Of a DNA stretch of 17,561 nucleotides, positions 17,370-17,561 are shown in pieces; the stretch's first letter is position 1, and every line of letters starts with the position of its first letter. The notes under the pieces are model-generated. The model saw nothing but the letters and a program-made list of their open reading frames with translations, was not told the origin of the DNA and ran no database searches. Position numbers and translations under genes: made by a program. The stretch is from Candidatus Vampirococcus lugosii (GTDB taxonomy: Bacteria > Patescibacteriota > Gracilibacteria > Absconditabacterales > Absconditicoccaceae): assembly GCF_018420025.1 (NCBI RefSeq), contig NZ_JAEDAM010000017.1, positions 1 through 17,561 on the forward strand, written 5' to 3'.

Positions 17370-17561
17370 ATGAAAAAAATATTGGTATGACTTAGTTGAT
17401 GAGTAGATAGTGCAGTAAGTGCTTATTTATTACAAAAAAAATGATATGATGTAACTGCTTGATTTATGATAAATTATATGGCAGATGATAATTCTTGTCC
17501 TACTAAACAAGATATTCAAGAAGCAAAAAAAGTTGCTGAATATTTATGAATTAATTTTTTT
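17370..17561 (+). CDS. mnmA: tRNA 2-thiouridine(34) synthase, N-terminal 64 codons (continues beyond the window)
   Basis: MKKILVGLSGGVDSAVSAYLLQKKGYDVTAGFMINYMADDNSCPTKQDIQEAKKVAEYLGINFF. The PP-loop SGGVDS has TGA glycines, followed by the typical GY.V.G.fM.nw....C motif. Confidence 0.9.

Noticed and set aside
1-17561. TGA = Trp (code 4, Mycoplasma or endosymbiont type) as the explanation for the in-frame TGAs
   Set aside because: TGA falls on invariant Gly positions (TxGYGD, GxxGxGKT, GGAKGG, PGHGG, SGGVDS), while Trp positions use TGG.

Overview
This is a very AT-rich bacterial chromosomal window (roughly one-fifth G+C by eye). It only reads as a genome if TGA is translated as glycine (NCBI table 25). 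That points to a Candidatus Absconditabacteria (SR1) or Gracilibacteria-type CPR/Patescibacteria organism. The supplied standard-code ORF track is therefore fragmentary, and six of its twelve ORFs lie antisense to real genes. I hand-translated with TGA=Gly and found about 20 tightly packed genes. On the minus strand from 8616 down to 1: rsmH, an ftsL-like gene, frameshifted apbE, a 315-aa protein built from 21 nonapeptide repeats, a DUF350 protein, a zinc-ribbon/DUF4178-like membrane protein, a 77-aa Ser/Gly-tailed peptide, dnaX, an RCK-type K+ channel and a partial AAA-ATPase-like protein. The middle holds a GT39-like glycosyltransferase (+), the minus-strand run sufD-like, sufU-like, rlmE (transcription order, 12271 down to 10551), and a plus-strand lipid cluster (CDP-alcohol phosphatidyltransferase, cdsA, DUF4105). 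The right end holds a small membrane protein (-), glutamate dehydrogenase interrupted at an A8 tract (-), a decayed IS481-family transposase relic (+) and the 5' end of mnmA (+). No tRNA, rRNA or CRISPR array is detectable. The points most worth follow-up are: the recoding itself; the repeat protein whose invariant glycine is always the reassigned codon; a 55/56-identical 56-bp inverted repeat pair bracketing 7.3 kb; and single-base homopolymer frameshifts in two housekeeping genes. All family assignments rest on motif recognition by eye. No searches were run.
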